Below are positions 9,355 through 20,027 of a stretch of DNA of 64,000 bases, one piece after another. The stretch's first letter is position 1, and each line of letters opens with the position of its first letter. Origin of the DNA: Thermodesulfobacteriota bacterium. Lineage in GTDB: Bacteria; Desulfobacterota; Binatia; Bin18. The position numbers and the translations under genes are program-made. A model generated the notes under the pieces. That model was not told the origin of the DNA. It saw nothing but the letters and a program-made list of their open reading frames with translations, and ran no database searches. The stretch covers positions 992,001-1,056,000 of the forward strand of contig OZ219926.1 of the NCBI GenBank assembly GCA_964291405.2. Reading direction: 5' to 3'.

Positions 9355-9409
9355 AAAGAGGAAACGTGTCCAGCCTGTGCCTGGCTGTTGGAGGACACGC
9401 TTCCTCTTT
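9355..9409. repeat. ~54-bp palindrome family (GAGKAAACGTGTCC...GGACACGTTTMCTC)
   Basis: Arms of 15-17 bp; relatives at 18395, 25243, 45325 and 61599. Confidence 0.85.
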
Positions 9410-9417
9410 GTGCCGCG

Positions 9418-9573
9418 CTAGCGCAGTTTCCTCCGTGGTGTAGCGAGGTGCTCTCCAGAGTTCCGTCGGGTGCATCCCATGCACCACCTTGCCCCGGTGC
9501 GCAGGGCGCACCCGACTTATCAGGAAACGCGCGGAGGCCGGTGGACGCGACACTCATGTGCATTTTGCGCTAG
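9418..9573 (+). mobile_element. 156-bp MITE-like element A with internal GTAG-type REP doublet, copy 1
   Basis: CTAGCGCA...TGCGCTAG ends; three further copies in the window. Confidence 0.85.
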
Positions 9574-9644
9574 CGGCGGGGTGGGTCCGCCTGTACTGCG
9601 TCAAGCGAGCGGACACTGATGACTCAGAGAGAATGGTATAGGCG

Positions 9645-9899
9645 TCAGTAATGGTAGCGTAACTGGGCTATGAGCATCGCACCATCTACGATTTTGTAAA
9701 CGATGCGATGCTCATCGTTTATTCGCCTCGACCAATAACCGGAGAGCGCATGCTTCAGCGGTTCCGGTTTTCCTATGCCCTTGAAGGCATCGCGCTGAAT
9801 ATCTTTTATCAGAGCATGTATGCGGTTGACCATTTTCTTGTCTGTCTTCTGCCAGTACAAGTAGTCTTCCCAGGCTTTCTCCGCAAAGATCAGTTTCAC
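9645..9899 (-). CDS. yoeB: YoeB/Txe-family toxin
   Basis: AWEDYLYWQ, GIGKPEPLK, WSRRINDEHR, LRYHY. Confidence 0.95.
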   Translation of the reverse strand: MKLIFAEKAWEDYLYWQKTDKKMVNRIHALIKDIQRDAFKGIGKPEPLKHALSGYWSRRINDEHRIVYKIVDGAMLIAQLRYHY

Positions 9900-10147
9900 T
9901 CAATGAGTTCCCTCTCTTTGCCTTTGCCTTCCTCCAACTCGGCCATAGCTTCAACTAAACGTCTCATATTCTTTGGACTTCTGAGGAGGTAGGCCGTTTC
10001 TTCCAGAGCCTGATAATCCTCCATGGAAATCATCACGACCGCTCCTTCCCCCTTCCGGGTAATAGCGACGGGAGCGTGATCATTACAGACTCGCTCCATG
10101 GTTTTCGCCAGACTGTTTCGAGCCGCAGTATAACTGATACTGTCCAT
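9896..10147 (-). CDS. yefM: YefM-family antitoxin
   Basis: SYTAARNSLA, LEETAYLLRSP.N; overlaps yoeB. Confidence 0.95.
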   Translation of the reverse strand: MDSISYTAARNSLAKTMERVCNDHAPVAITRKGEGAVVMISMEDYQALEETAYLLRSPKNMRRLVEAMAELEEGKGKERELIE

Positions 10148-10178
10148 TCTGCCCTCTCTCTGCCGGTACCGGAACCGT

Positions 10179-10227
10179 GCCTCACGGTAACGACGGATAC
10201 CGGGGGCGTCAACCGACGCGGGTGGGG
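10179..10227 (-). promoter_or_regulatory. Copy of the gmhA promoter upstream of yefM
   Basis: 48/49 identical to 9185-9233. Confidence 0.7.
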
Positions 10228-10263
10228 TATACGGGCAGAATGGCTTTTCGTTGTGGCTCCGGC

Positions 10264-10545
10264 CTAAGCCGCTGTGAACCGCTCCACCGTCAGTTGCTCG
10301 GCACGGGGCCGAGCCTGCCAGAGGTCATAGGCCATCTGCATCCCCAGCCAAGTCTCCGGGCTCGACCCGAACGCTTTTGAGAGTCGGATGGCCATTTCGA
10401 CCGAGATGCCCGCTTTCTCGTTGACAAGATCGGACAACGCTTGCCGGGTCACCCCGAGCCCTTGCGCCGCCCGCGTGACCGAGAGACCAAGCGGCTCAAG
10501 GCACTGCCGTCTCACTACTCCGCCCGGATGTGGAGGGTTGTACAT
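10264..10545 (-). CDS. higA: HigA-family antitoxin, second copy
   Basis: MYNPPHPG, LGVTRQALSDLVN, WLGMQMAYDLW. Confidence 0.92.
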   Translation of the reverse strand: MYNPPHPGGVVRRQCLEPLGLSVTRAAQGLGVTRQALSDLVNEKAGISVEMAIRLSKAFGSSPETWLGMQMAYDLWQARPRAEQLTVERFTAA

Positions 10546-10625
10546 AAGGGTCTCCTTTGTTTTGCTTGTGTTCCGGCTTTCCCCCTATTGCCTCAGTCTG
10601 TCCTCCTCATGGGACCACCCCTTCC

Positions 10626-10904
10626 TTAATGGTAGTCCGTGTAATTGATATCGACCGCATGGCCGTCCTCGAACCGAAAAGTCACCCGCCAATTGCCCGA
10701 TACCGACACGGCATAATACCCGCGTAGATTGCCTTTCAGGGGATGCAGCCGAAACCCCGGAAGGTCCATGTCCACCGGGCTCCGACTGTGATCGAGCGTA
10801 GTCAGGATGTCTCTCAGCTTCGAGATGTGTTGCGGTGGCAGCCTCCGTGTCTCGCCCTTTTCGTACAGGGCCTGGAGCCCACGATGTTGAAACGACTTAT
10901 TCAC
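10626..10904 (-). CDS. higB: HigB-family toxin, second copy
   Basis: SFQHRGL, LHPLKG, VSVSGNWRVTFRF, DYH. Confidence 0.9.
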   Translation of the reverse strand: MNKSFQHRGLQALYEKGETRRLPPQHISKLRDILTTLDHSRSPVDMDLPGFRLHPLKGNLRGYYAVSVSGNWRVTFRFEDGHAVDINYTDYH

Positions 10905-11248
10905 CGTCTCCGACTTTTCCTCGGCTCTCCAGCGCGAAGGTCACCCTGCTTGATCAATTCAATCACCGAGCCACGCTAACCTGTCACCCGTCACTTGTCA
11001 ACTGTCACCCTCTCGTGTCTTGCTCCTCGCCCTCCCCGTTCCTCTTGCTCCTCTCACCGAACAGCCTGCCCCGCTCGGTTCTTGTCCCACTGGATGTCGG
11101 GGCTCGGATTGCGCGCCTGGGCAACATCGTCCCAGCACCTGAGGCCTCTCTTTGTTGGTGAGAATCTGAGGGGGAGTGCCCCCTGCTTGCAAGAGGCGGC
11201 GCCAGCTACGACCAGATGCAGGCCCGGCTGCACTACAGGGCGGGAGTC

Positions 11249-11277
11249 TTGACACTCCCCGGTGAGGTCGGTATTAA
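11249..11277 (+). promoter_or_regulatory. sigma70 promoter of the 5S rRNA/tRNA-Gly unit
   Basis: TTGACA-17-TATTAA just upstream of the 5S gene. Confidence 0.7.
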
Positions 11278-11293
11278 AGACAGCTAGAAAATT

Positions 11294-11412
11294 TCCCCGG
11301 TCTTAATGGCGGAGGGGCCACACCCGTTCCCATCCCGAACACGGCCGTTAAGCCCTCCAGCGCCGATGGTACTGCAGCGGAATGCTGTGGGAGAGTAGGA
11401 CGAGGCCGGGGT
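11294..11412 (+). rRNA. rrf: 5S rRNA, not linked to 23S
   Basis: CACCCGTTCCCATCCCGAACACGG, GCGCCGATGGTACT and GGGAGAGTAGG motifs; terminal CCCCGG/CCGGGG stem. Confidence 0.96.
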
Positions 11413-11473
11413 TTTTCTTTTTCCAGGTTGCTCTCCCGGCTTTGTTGGATGGAGGGGCAGACGATAATCCTGA

Positions 11474-11545
<72 letters not shown>

Positions 11546-11620
11546 TTTCCGTCCCAATCATTAAACGTGCCGACCTCCGCGCTGGAGGACGCATTTCCTC
11601 GTTTGATCAGGTGAGCTGTT

Positions 11621-11797
11621 ATGCGGACAGTCAGATGCCCGGTGTGCCGTAAGGAAACGGCCTGGCAGGACAATGTCTACCGTCCTTTTTGTTCGGAGCG
11701 CTGCCGGACGCTGGACCGCGGAGCGTGGGCGAGCGGGACCTATCACATTCCCGGCGAGCCGGCCGCCCCGACGCCCGCAGAGGACGACAATGAGTAA
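11621..11797 (+). CDS. yacG: DNA gyrase inhibitor YacG (58 aa, not in the ORF track)
   Basis: Manual translation MRTVRCPVCRK...RPFCSERCRTLDRGAWASGTYHIP. Confidence 0.9.
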   Translation: MRTVRCPVCRKETAWQDNVYRPFCSERCRTLDRGAWASGTYHIPGEPAAPTPAEDDNE

Positions 11798-11882
11798 CCG
11801 GGTCCTCCGAAGACCAGCAGTGTTGGCACGGTTGCTCATGTCAGCCGCGCCGCCCAAAATGTAAGACCTTCGCGGGTCAGGC

Positions 11883-12698
11883 ATGGCGATTCATCCAACA
11901 GCCGTTATTTCCCCCCAGGCCGACATTGACCCCGGCGTTGACGTTGGCCCCTATGTCGTGATCGACGGCACCGTCCGGGTCGGCCGCGGCACCCGGATTC
12001 TGGCCCACGCCGTTCTGACCGGCTGGACGGAAATCGGCGAAGACAATGAAATCCATATGGGCGCGGTCATCGGCCACGTTCCGCAAGACGTGTCGTACTC
12101 GGGCGCAAAAAGTTTTCTCAGAATCGGTCACCGCAATATCATCCGTGAGCACAGTCAAATTCACCGCGGAACCCAGCCCGAGAGCGCAACCGTTATCGGC
12201 AACGATAATTATCTCATGCAGCACGCCCATGTCGCGCATAACTGCCGGCTGGGCAATCAGACCATCATTGCCGGCGGGGCGCTCCTGGCCGGTTATGTCG
12301 AAGTCGCGGACCGGGCTTTTGTGTCGGGCAACTGTGTGGTGCATCAGTTTGTCAGGATCGGCACCCTGGCCCTGCTGCGGGGACTGTCCCGGACCAGTCG
12401 GGATGTCCCGCCCTTCTGTATTATGGACGGCACCCATACCGTGCGCGGCTTAAACGTCGTCGGCCTGCGGCGGGCCGGCTTCAGTCGGGAGCGGATCGCC
12501 GCCCTGCGGCGGGCGTTTGCCACCCTGTTCCGCCAGCGGGGCAATATGCGCCATCAGGTCGAACGCCTGTTGGAGACCGATCCGTCTCCCGATGTCCGGG
12601 CCTTGCTGGATTTTATCCGGAACTCGGAGAGGGGGGTGTGTTTTGGGCCGCGGCGCTATTCCGGGCCACAGCACGAGGGCCGGGATGAAGAGGAGTGA
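11883..12698 (+). CDS. lpxA: UDP-N-acetylglucosamine O-acyltransferase
   Basis: IHPTAVI, hexapeptide repeats, HVAHNC, VHQF, DVPPF, GLNVVGLRRAG. Confidence 0.9.
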   Translation: MAIHPTAVISPQADIDPGVDVGPYVVIDGTVRVGRGTRILAHAVLTGWTEIGEDNEIHMGAVIGHVPQDVSYSGAKSFLRIGHRNIIREHSQIHRGTQPESATVIGNDNYLMQHAHVAHNCRLGNQTIIAGGALLAGYVEVADRAFVSGNCVVHQFVRIGTLALLRGLSRTSRDVPPFCIMDGTHTVRGLNVVGLRRAGFSRERIAALRRAFATLFRQRGNMRHQVERLLETDPSPDVRALLDFIRNSERGVCFGPRRYSGPQHEGRDEEE

Positions 12699-12700
12699 CA

Positions 12701-12773
12701 AGGCGGCGACCGGATTCGAACCGGTGAATGGAGGTTTTGCAGACCTCTCCCTTAGCCACTTGGGTACGCCGCC
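12701..12773 (-). tRNA. tRNA-Cys(GCA), CCA not encoded
   Basis: Cloverleaf with GAGGT-CTGCAAA-ACCTC; promoter TTGCAA-17-TAGATT at 12833-12805. Confidence 0.96.
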
Positions 12774-12941
12774 GCGTCGGTCCTGCTTTGGAGCAGGATT
12801 TGCTAATCTACCCCGCCCCTGAGGTGGTTGCAAGACCTTTTTAATAACGGGTATAAGGAATGGATAAAGTGGATGACTCCGCTTGAGTGGCCGTTGACAG
12901 TTCCTTCTTTAATTGTTAGTAATATTTCCATGAGTTTCGTC

Positions 12942-12992
12942 CCGTATGGTTTACCATACGGTGCCCATGGGCTACGGTTCATGGGCTTTTTT
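12942..12992 (+). promoter_or_regulatory. Two hairpins, the second terminator-like, in the NYN gene leader
   Basis: CCGTATGGT-TT-ACCATACGG, then GCCCATG...CATGGGC-TTTTTT, 11 nt before the ATG. Confidence 0.55.
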
Positions 12993-13003
12993 ATTTCTGA
13001 AAT

Positions 13004-13645
13004 ATGACTCCTCAGCGTGTAGCTGTCTTTATTGACGGTTTTAATCTCTACCACGCCATAAAAGCCCTTCGCGTAGAACACCTAAAGTGGCTCAGTCTTC
13101 GTAAACTGTCAGAAGAGTTTGCTTCTGCTCCGCAGTTTACGATCGATCACCTCTTTTACTTCTCCGCATACGCAACATGGATTCCCGACGCTTTGATTCG
13201 CCACAGAAAATATATCAAAGCTCTAAAAGAGGAAGGGACAACAGTTGTTCTCGGTAAATTTAAGAAAAAAGACAGGAAGTGTCCTGCCTGTCACACACGT
13301 TGGAAAGGCCACGAAGAAAAAGAAACCGATGTAAACATTGCCCTCTACTTGTTAGATGGCGCATACCGGAATATCTACGACCATGCGATAATTCTCTCTG
13401 CCGATTCTGACTTAGTACCGGCTATCCGCATGGTCAGAGAACGATTTCCAGAAAAAGGTATCCGGCTTCTGCTTCCTGTGGGAAGGCCCAATAGTGCGGA
13501 ACTATTAAACGCGATAGGAGACCCTCAAGGGGTGCGCAAAATAAAACGGCTGCATCTGGAACGTTGTTTACTTCCCGAATCCATAAGCGATGAGAAGGGA
13601 AGTATTATTGTCCGCCGTCCTACGGAATATGACCCTCCAGTCTGA
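13004..13645 (+). CDS. NYN/LabA-like PIN-fold protein with CxxC insert
   Basis: FIDGFNLYH, EEKETDVNIA, SADSDLVP; visibly AT-richer than its neighbours. Confidence 0.88.
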   Translation: MTPQRVAVFIDGFNLYHAIKALRVEHLKWLSLRKLSEEFASAPQFTIDHLFYFSAYATWIPDALIRHRKYIKALKEEGTTVVLGKFKKKDRKCPACHTRWKGHEEKETDVNIALYLLDGAYRNIYDHAIILSADSDLVPAIRMVRERFPEKGIRLLLPVGRPNSAELLNAIGDPQGVRKIKRLHLERCLLPESISDEKGSIIVRRPTEYDPPV

Positions 13646-13774
13646 TGCTTAATCCCCCACACAGAATAATAAAGAGAGCCGACAAGCGGAAACCTGAGTC
13701 GAAACGGCAGTATATTCGCACCGTTCAACCGCCCCCTCTTTGGTCGCTGCCGAAGTTCTGATAGCACTGCGCTC

Positions 13775-15076
13775 ATGATCGAACGTTACACCCGTCCGGC
13801 CCTGCGTAAGATCTGGTCGGAGGAGAACAAGTTTTCCACCTGGCTGGAAGTCGAACTGCTGGCGTGTGAGGCCCTGGCCGAGCGCGGCGACATCCCGGCG
13901 GAGGTGATCCCGCAGCTGAGGCAACGCGCCCGGCTTGATATCGGCCGCATGCAGGAGATCGAAGCCGAGGTCAAGCACGATGTGGTGGCCTTTGTCACGG
14001 CTGTGGCTGAGAGTGTCGGCCCGGAGGGACGCTATCTGCACCTCGGCCTGACCTCGTCGGACGTGATTGATACCGGCTTTGCCGTGCAGTTGTGTGAGGC
14101 GACGGATGTGATTCTGGCCGATCTGGACGCCCTGCTCGACGTGCTGCGGCGGCGTGCCCAGGAACATCGACACACGGTCATGATCGGCCGCAGCCACGGC
14201 GTTCATGCCGAGCCGATTACCTTTGGTCTCAAAGTCGCCCACTGGTTCGCCGAGATGGAGCGCAGTAAGGCCCGCCTGATACACGCCCGCCGCGAGATCG
14301 CGGTCGGCAAGACCTCGGGCGCGGTCGGCACGTACGCCAACATTGATCCCGCGATCGAAGCCTTCGTGTGCGCGCGCCTGGGGCTGGTGCCGGAAACCAT
14401 TGCCACCCAGGTGGTCCCGCGCGACCGGCACGCCTCTTTTTTCTCGACCCTGGCGGTGATCGGCAGCTCGCTCGACCGGATCGCGACCGAATTACGCCAT
14501 CTGCAACGCACCGAAGTCTTTGAGGTTCAGGAGCCGTTTACTCCGGGCCAAAAGGGCTCGTCGGCCATGCCGCATAAACGCAATCCGTGGCAGTTGGAAA
14601 ATGTGAGCGGCCTGGCCCGCCTGCTGCGCGGCTACGCGCTGTCGGCCCTGGAGAACGTGCCCCTGTGGCATGAGCGGGATATCAGCCACTCCTCGGTCGA
14701 GCGGGTGATCGGCCCGGACGCGACCACGCTGCTCGACTTTATGCTGGCCCGGCTGACCACGCTGGCGGACCGGCTGGTGGTGCATCCCGAGCGGATGCAG
14801 GCCAATATGGCCGTGCTCGGGGAAGCGATTTATTCCGAACATCTGCTCCTGGCCCTGGTCCGCAAGGGGATTTCCCGCGAAGAGGCCTATGGCTGGGTTC
14901 AGCGCAACGCCATGAAGGTCTGGGAGCATCAGGCCTCTTTTGCCGCTGAGGTGCGCCGGGACCCGGATATTACCCGGCTGTTGGAGCCGGCTGAAATCGA
15001 TCAACTCTTTGACCCAAGCCACGCGCTGCGGCATACGGAGCGTATCTTCGAGCGCGTGTTTGCGCGCACGGAATGA
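13775..15076 (+). CDS. purB: Adenylosuccinate lyase
   Basis: [31 protein letters not shown]. Confidence 0.97.
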   Translation: MIERYTRPALRKIWSEENKFSTWLEVELLACEALAERGDIPAEVIPQLRQRARLDIGRMQEIEAEVKHDVVAFVTAVAESVGPEGRYLHLGLTSSDVIDTGFAVQLCEATDVILADLDALLDVLRRRAQEHRHTVMIGRSHGVHAEPITFGLKVAHWFAEMERSKARLIHARREIAVGKTSGAVGTYANIDPAIEAFVCARLGLVPETIATQVVPRDRHASFFSTLAVIGSSLDRIATELRHLQRTEVFEVQEPFTPGQKGSSAMPHKRNPWQLENVSGLARLLRGYALSALENVPLWHERDISHSSVERVIGPDATTLLDFMLARLTTLADRLVVHPERMQANMAVLGEAIYSEHLLLALVRKGISREEAYGWVQRNAMKVWEHQASFAAEVRRDPDITRLLEPAEIDQLFDPSHALRHTERIFERVFARTE

Positions 15077-15246
15077 GTGAGAGAAGTGGAGAGTCAAGAG
15101 TGTGGGACAGGGAAACCCGCCCCGCTGCTACGCAGCGCAAAGAGGGGATAAAAAAAGCTCCCCTCCTCGGAGGGGTGGCCCGAAGGGCCGGGGTGGGTTT
15201 GAGAGTGGGCGGTGAAGTACTGTGGGAAGTACTGTGGGAGCGGAGC

Positions 15247-15492
15247 ATGCTGGCCAAAGTCTACGTCACGCCGAAAAAAGCCATTCTCGACCCCCAGGGA
15301 AAAGCCATTGCGCACTCCCTGCACGCCCTCGACTACCCGGAAGTCGGCGAGGTCCGCATGGGCAAGTATCTGGAGGTTCGGCTGACGGGCCTCTCCAAAC
15401 AGCACGCCGAGCAACGCGTCGAAGAGATGTGCCAACGCTTATTGGCCAACCTCATCATTGAAGACTTTCGCTTTGAGATCGTCGAGGAGTAA
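15247..15492 (+). CDS. purS: FGAM synthase subunit PurS
   Basis: LDPQG, VRMGK, LLAN.IIE; ATG at 15247. Confidence 0.95.
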   Translation: MLAKVYVTPKKAILDPQGKAIAHSLHALDYPEVGEVRMGKYLEVRLTGLSKQHAEQRVEEMCQRLLANLIIEDFRFEIVEE

Positions 15493-15498
15493 CAGCGA

Positions 15499-16179
15499 GT
15501 GAAGTGGGGTGTCGTCACTTTTCCAGGCTCGAACGACGACCGGGACTCCCTCTACTGTCTGGAGCGCGTGCTCGGGCAGGAGGCGGTCTCGTTGTGGCAT
15601 AAGGACCAGGATTTACACAGTGTCGAGGCGATTGTGCTGCCGGGCGGGTTTTCCTATGGGGACTATCTCCGCTGCGGGGCGGTCGCCCGCTTCTCGCCGG
15701 TCATGTCCAGCGTGATGGCGTTTGCCCGAGCCGGCGGGCCGGTGCTGGGCATGTGCAACGGGTTTCAGATTCTGTGCGAGAGCGGGCTCCTGCCGGGGGC
15801 GCTGGTCCGCAACCGTTCGCTGTCGTTTATCTGCGAGTGGGTTTCCGTACGGGTGGAGACAACCCGGACCCGTTTTACGGCCCGGTATGCGGCGGGCGAG
15901 TGTCTGTCCCTGCCGATTAAACACGGTGAGGGCTGCTATGTGGCGGACGAGGCGACCCTGACGGCGCTCCGGGACAACGATCAAATCGTCTTCCGCTATG
16001 TGAATCAGGACGGCGAAGCGCTGGACTCGGCCAACCCGAATGGGGCCGTGCAGAATATCGCCGGCGTGACGAACGCGAACGGGAACGTGGTCGGACTCAT
16101 GCCCCATCCCGAACACGCCGTCGAAGCCCTGCTGGGAGGCGAAGACGGGCGGAAACTCTTTACCTCGGTCTTTGCGTAG
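15499..16179 (+). CDS. purQ: FGAM synthase glutaminase subunit
   Basis: [28 protein letters not shown]. Confidence 0.97.
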   Translation: MKWGVVTFPGSNDDRDSLYCLERVLGQEAVSLWHKDQDLHSVEAIVLPGGFSYGDYLRCGAVARFSPVMSSVMAFARAGGPVLGMCNGFQILCESGLLPGALVRNRSLSFICEWVSVRVETTRTRFTARYAAGECLSLPIKHGEGCYVADEATLTALRDNDQIVFRYVNQDGEALDSANPNGAVQNIAGVTNANGNVVGLMPHPEHAVEALLGGEDGRKLFTSVFA

Positions 16180-16183
16180 CCCT

Positions 16184-18403
16184 ATGGCATCCATACCGGT
16201 TGATCTGCAGCTCGCTCACGACCACGGCCTGTCAACCGACGAGTACGACCGCATCGTCCGGACCCTGGGACGCACGCCGACGTTCGAGGAGTTGGGCGTG
16301 TTCTCCGTGATGTGGTCGGAGCACTGTAGCTATAAGAGTTCGCGGCGCTTTCTGCGGCGGCTGCCGACAACCGGACCGGCCATATTGCAGGGACCGGGTG
16401 AGAATGCCGGCATCGTCGATATCGGCGACGGTCTGGCCGCGGTCTTTAAGATCGAAAGCCATAACCATCCGTCTTTTATCGAGCCCTATCACGGGGCCGC
16501 CACCGGGGTCGGCGGTATTCTCCGCGATGTCTTTACCATGGGCGCCCGCCCGATTGCCTCGCTGAACTCGCTCCGCTTCGGAGCGATCGAGCATCCGCGC
16601 ACCCCCCATCTGCTCAGGGGCGTGGTGGGAGGTATCGGCGGCTATGGAAACAGTGTCGGCGTACCGACCGTCGGCGGCGAGGTGTATTTCAACCCCGGCT
16701 ATAACGGCAATATCCTGGTCAACGCCTTTACCCTGGGCATTGCTCGGACTGATCGGATTTTTCGGGCGACTGCCGCGGGCGTGGGGAACCCGGTGATCTA
16801 TGTGGGCTCCCGGACCGGCCGGGACGGCATTCACGGCGCGAGCCTGCTGGCCTCGCGGGAATTTGATGACAAGTCCGAAGAACTCCGGCCGGCCGTCCAG
16901 GTGGGCGACCCGTTCACCGAGAATATCCTGATTGAAGCCTGCCTCAGCCTCATGCGGCAGGACCTGATTATCGGGATTCAGGACATGGGGGCCGCCGGCC
17001 TGACCAGCTCGTCGGTGGAAATGGCCGACCGGGGCCAGGCCGGCATCGTCCTGGACCTGGACACCGTCCCGACCCGCGAAGCCGGCATTACCCCCTATGA
17101 GCTGCTGCTGTCCGAGTCCCAGGAGCGGATGCTGATCGTCGCCAAGGAGGGGTGTGAAGAGGCGGTCAAAAACGTGTTTGCCACCTGGGACCTCCAGGCC
17201 GTCGTTATTGGGGAAGTCACGGACGACGGCCTGTTCCGCACGACGTGGCAGGGAGAGGAAGTCGTCCGCATTCCGGTCTCGGCCCTGACCTCGCAGGCCC
17301 CGGCCTACGAACGCCCGGCGGCCAGACCGGCCGACCTGACGTTGAAACAACAGTTGGATCTCAGCGCCCTGCCGCTGCCCACCGACTATGCCGCCGTCCT
17401 GACTACCCTGCTCACCACGCCGAATCTGGCCAGCAAGGAATGGGTCTACCGGCAGTACGATTTTCTGGTTGGCGGGAATACGGTGGTCCAGCCCGGCTCG
17501 GATGCGGCCATCGTTCGGCTGAAGGAGTCGGACAAGGGGCTGGGCATCAGTGTCGATTGTAATAGCCGCTATTGCGCGCTCGACCCCTACCGGGGAGCGG
17601 CGATTGCGGTTGCCGAGAGCGCGCGCAACCTGGCCGTCAGCGGGGCCAGGCCGGTGGCCCTGTCCGACTGCCTCAATTTTGGCAACCCCGAGAAGCCGGA
17701 GGTGATGTGGCAGTTCGTCCAGGCCATTGAGGGCATGCGGGCGGCCTGCGAAGCCCTGGAGGTTGCGGTAGTCAGCGGCAACGTTAGCTTCTATAATGAA
17801 ACCGATGGTCAGGCCATTCCTCCGACGCCGACCGTAGCCATGGTCGGGATTATGGACGCGGTCACGCACCATGTCACCCAGTGGTTTCAGCAGCCGGGCG
17901 ATCTCATTGTCCTATTGGGAGAGACCCACGAAGAACTCGGCGCGAGCGAATATCTGGCCACGCTCCATCACCAGGAGTGCGGCCGGCCCCCGCGGCTTGA
18001 CCTGGAACGGGAAAAACTCCTCCAGCAGGTGTGCGTCCGGGCCGCCCAGGCCGGGCTGTTTTCCTCGGCCCACGATGTGGCGGAGGGCGGGGTAGCCGTG
18101 GCCCTGGCGGAAGCCTGTATCAGCCATCCCCGGCAGACTATTGGAGCGCGGGTGACCCTGACGGGCGATCTGCGCCCGGATGCCTTACTCTTTGGAGAGA
18201 GCCAATCGCGTGCTATTGTTTCTGTCCGGCCGGCCGACTGGGACCGACTCAAGGCGCTGCTCCACACGAGTCGATTACCCTTCAGCGTCCTGGGTGAGGT
18301 TGGCGGGACGGACCTCGAAATCGCGGGCTATATGAAAATCGCAACAGCGGCCTTACGCCGGCAGTGGCAGACGGCGCTGGCTCAACAGCTGACAAATGAG
18401 TAA
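16184..18403 (+). CDS. purL: FGAM synthase subunit PurL
   Basis: [32 protein letters not shown]. Confidence 0.97.
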   Translation: MASIPVDLQLAHDHGLSTDEYDRIVRTLGRTPTFEELGVFSVMWSEHCSYKSSRRFLRRLPTTGPAILQGPGENAGIVDIGDGLAAVFKIESHNHPSFIEPYHGAATGVGGILRDVFTMGARPIASLNSLRFGAIEHPRTPHLLRGVVGGIGGYGNSVGVPTVGGEVYFNPGYNGNILVNAFTLGIARTDRIFRATAAGVGNPVIYVGSRTGRDGIHGASLLASREFDDKSEELRPAVQVGDPFTENILIEACLSLMRQDLIIGIQDMGAAGLTSSSVEMADRGQAGIVLDLDTVPTREAGITPYELLLSESQERMLIVAKEGCEEAVKNVFATWDLQAVVIGEVTDDGLFRTTWQGEEVVRIPVSALTSQAPAYERPAARPADLTLKQQLDLSALPLPTDYAAVLTTLLTTPNLASKEWVYRQYDFLVGGNTVVQPGSDAAIVRLKESDKGLGISVDCNSRYCALDPYRGAAIAVAESARNLAVSGARPVALSDCLNFGNPEKPEVMWQFVQAIEGMRAACEALEVAVVSGNVSFYNETDGQAIPPTPTVAMVGIMDAVTHHVTQWFQQPGDLIVLLGETHEELGASEYLATLHHQECGRPPRLDLEREKLLQQVCVRAAQAGLFSSAHDVAEGGVAVALAEACISHPRQTIGARVTLTGDLRPDALLFGESQSRAIVSVRPADWDRLKALLHTSRLPFSVLGEVGGTDLEIAGYMKIATAALRRQWQTALAQQLTNE

Positions 18404-18448
18404 ACGTGCCACCATCTACCGGTCTGGTGAAGGGCACGTTTACTCATT
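18395..18448. repeat. 54-bp palindrome containing the purL stop codon
   Basis: Perfect 16-bp arms AATGAGTAAACGTGCC / GGCACGTTTACTCATT. Confidence 0.85.
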
Positions 18449-18468
18449 CTGAGCGGAGGGGGGATAGG

Positions 18469-19911
18469 GTGGAACACGATACAGCCGATGCGGTGTTCGA
18501 CAGGTTCCACGAAGAGTGCGGAGTCGTGGGCGTCTATGGTCATCCGGAAGCGGCCAACCTGGCCTATCTGGCCTTGTATTCCCTGCAACATCGGGGCCAG
18601 GAGTCTGCCGGCATTACCTCTTCAAACGGCCAGGCTCTGCTGACGCATAAAGGCATGGGGCTGGTGGCCGATATTTTTGACGAAAAGTTGATTCGTCGCC
18701 TGGAGGGGGCGAGCGCCATTGGCCACAACCGCTATTCCACCGCCGGCTCGACCATGCTCAAGAACACCCAGCCCATGCTGGCCAAGTATACGCTTGGCTC
18801 GGTGGCGATTGCGCATAACGGCAACCTGGTCAATGCCGAAGAACTGCGCGCCCGGCTCGAATCGGGCGGCTCGATTTTTCAGTCTACGGTCGATACCGAG
18901 GTCATCCTGCATCTCATTGCCGCCTCGCAGGCCGGGCAGCCGGTTGACCGCATTATCGACGCCTTGTCCCAGGTGCGGGGGGCCTACTCCCTGGTCTTCC
19001 TGAGCGAGGATTATATGGTTGCGGCGCGCGACCCCTACGGGTTTCGGCCGCTGGTGCTGGGGCGCGTCAAACACGCGGGCCAGACGGGTTATGTGGTCAC
19101 GTCCGAGACCTGTGCGCTGGACCTGATTGGGGCGCGGTATGAGCGGGAGGTCCAGGCCGGAGAGGTTATTCTGTTTGATGCCAACGGTATGACCTGCTAT
19201 AGCCCGTTTCCGCAGGCGCCATCGGCCCGCTGCATTTTTGAGCATGTCTATTTTGCGCGGCCGGACAGCACCATGTTCGGGCAGAATGTCTACCAGGCGC
19301 GCAAGTCGTTCGGCCGGCAGTTGGCGCGCGAGGCTCCGGTCGAGGCGGATGTCGTTATTCCCGTTCCGGACTCCGGGGTGCCCGCGGCTTTGGGCTATGC
19401 CGAAGAATCCGGACTGCCGTTTGAAATGGGCCTGATCCGTAACCACTATGTGGGCCGGACGTTCATTGAACCCCAGTCGTCCATCCGTCATTTCGGGGTG
19501 AAGGTCAAACTCAACGCCCAGGCCGATATTCTGTGCGGCAAACGGGTCGTGGTGGTGGACGACTCCATTGTGCGCGGGACGACCTGTCGGAAAATTGTCA
19601 AAATGATTCGTGCGACCGGTGCCCGGGAAGTCCATTTGCGGATCAGCGCCCCGCCGACGATTTCTCCCTGCTTTTACGGGGTGGATACGCCGACCAGACG
19701 GGAATTGATCGCCTCTTCTCATTCGGTCGAGGAGATCAGCCGCTACGTCACCGCCGATAGTCTGGCCTATCTGAGCGAGGAAGGCATGTACGCCGGGCTC
19801 CAGGTCAACGGGAACGGCTTTTGCGATGCCTGCTTTACCGGGCGCTACCCGCTGGCGCTGGGGAGCCGTCCCAAAGGCAGCCAGCTCTCGCTGTTCGGCG
19901 AACGGGTATAG
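18469..19911 (+). CDS. purF: Amidophosphoribosyltransferase
   Basis: [23 protein letters not shown]; GTG start after a GGAGG RBS. Confidence 0.96.
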   Translation: MEHDTADAVFDRFHEECGVVGVYGHPEAANLAYLALYSLQHRGQESAGITSSNGQALLTHKGMGLVADIFDEKLIRRLEGASAIGHNRYSTAGSTMLKNTQPMLAKYTLGSVAIAHNGNLVNAEELRARLESGGSIFQSTVDTEVILHLIAASQAGQPVDRIIDALSQVRGAYSLVFLSEDYMVAARDPYGFRPLVLGRVKHAGQTGYVVTSETCALDLIGARYEREVQAGEVILFDANGMTCYSPFPQAPSARCIFEHVYFARPDSTMFGQNVYQARKSFGRQLAREAPVEADVVIPVPDSGVPAALGYAEESGLPFEMGLIRNHYVGRTFIEPQSSIRHFGVKVKLNAQADILCGKRVVVVDDSIVRGTTCRKIVKMIRATGAREVHLRISAPPTISPCFYGVDTPTRRELIASSHSVEEISRYVTADSLAYLSEEGMYAGLQVNGNGFCDACFTGRYPLALGSRPKGSQLSLFGERV

Positions 19912-20027
19912 GCTCGTTCAGGCTGGATGAACCGATCATCTTGCTCAACCGTCCCGGGAGGGGAGGCGGGGCTACGCCTCCTCGCTCCGGGTGATCACGG
20001 GGAAGACCGCGACCATGAACGAAAGGG

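Noticed and set aside
9215-9573. Recurrent short ORFs reading VRPAHRGKVVHGMHPTELWRAPRYTTEE
   Set aside because: They are translations of element A copies, with inconsistent starts and stops; no evidence of a gene.
15214-15238. 12-bp tandem repeat GAAGTACTGTGG x2 before purS
   Set aside because: Two units only; most simply a slippage event.
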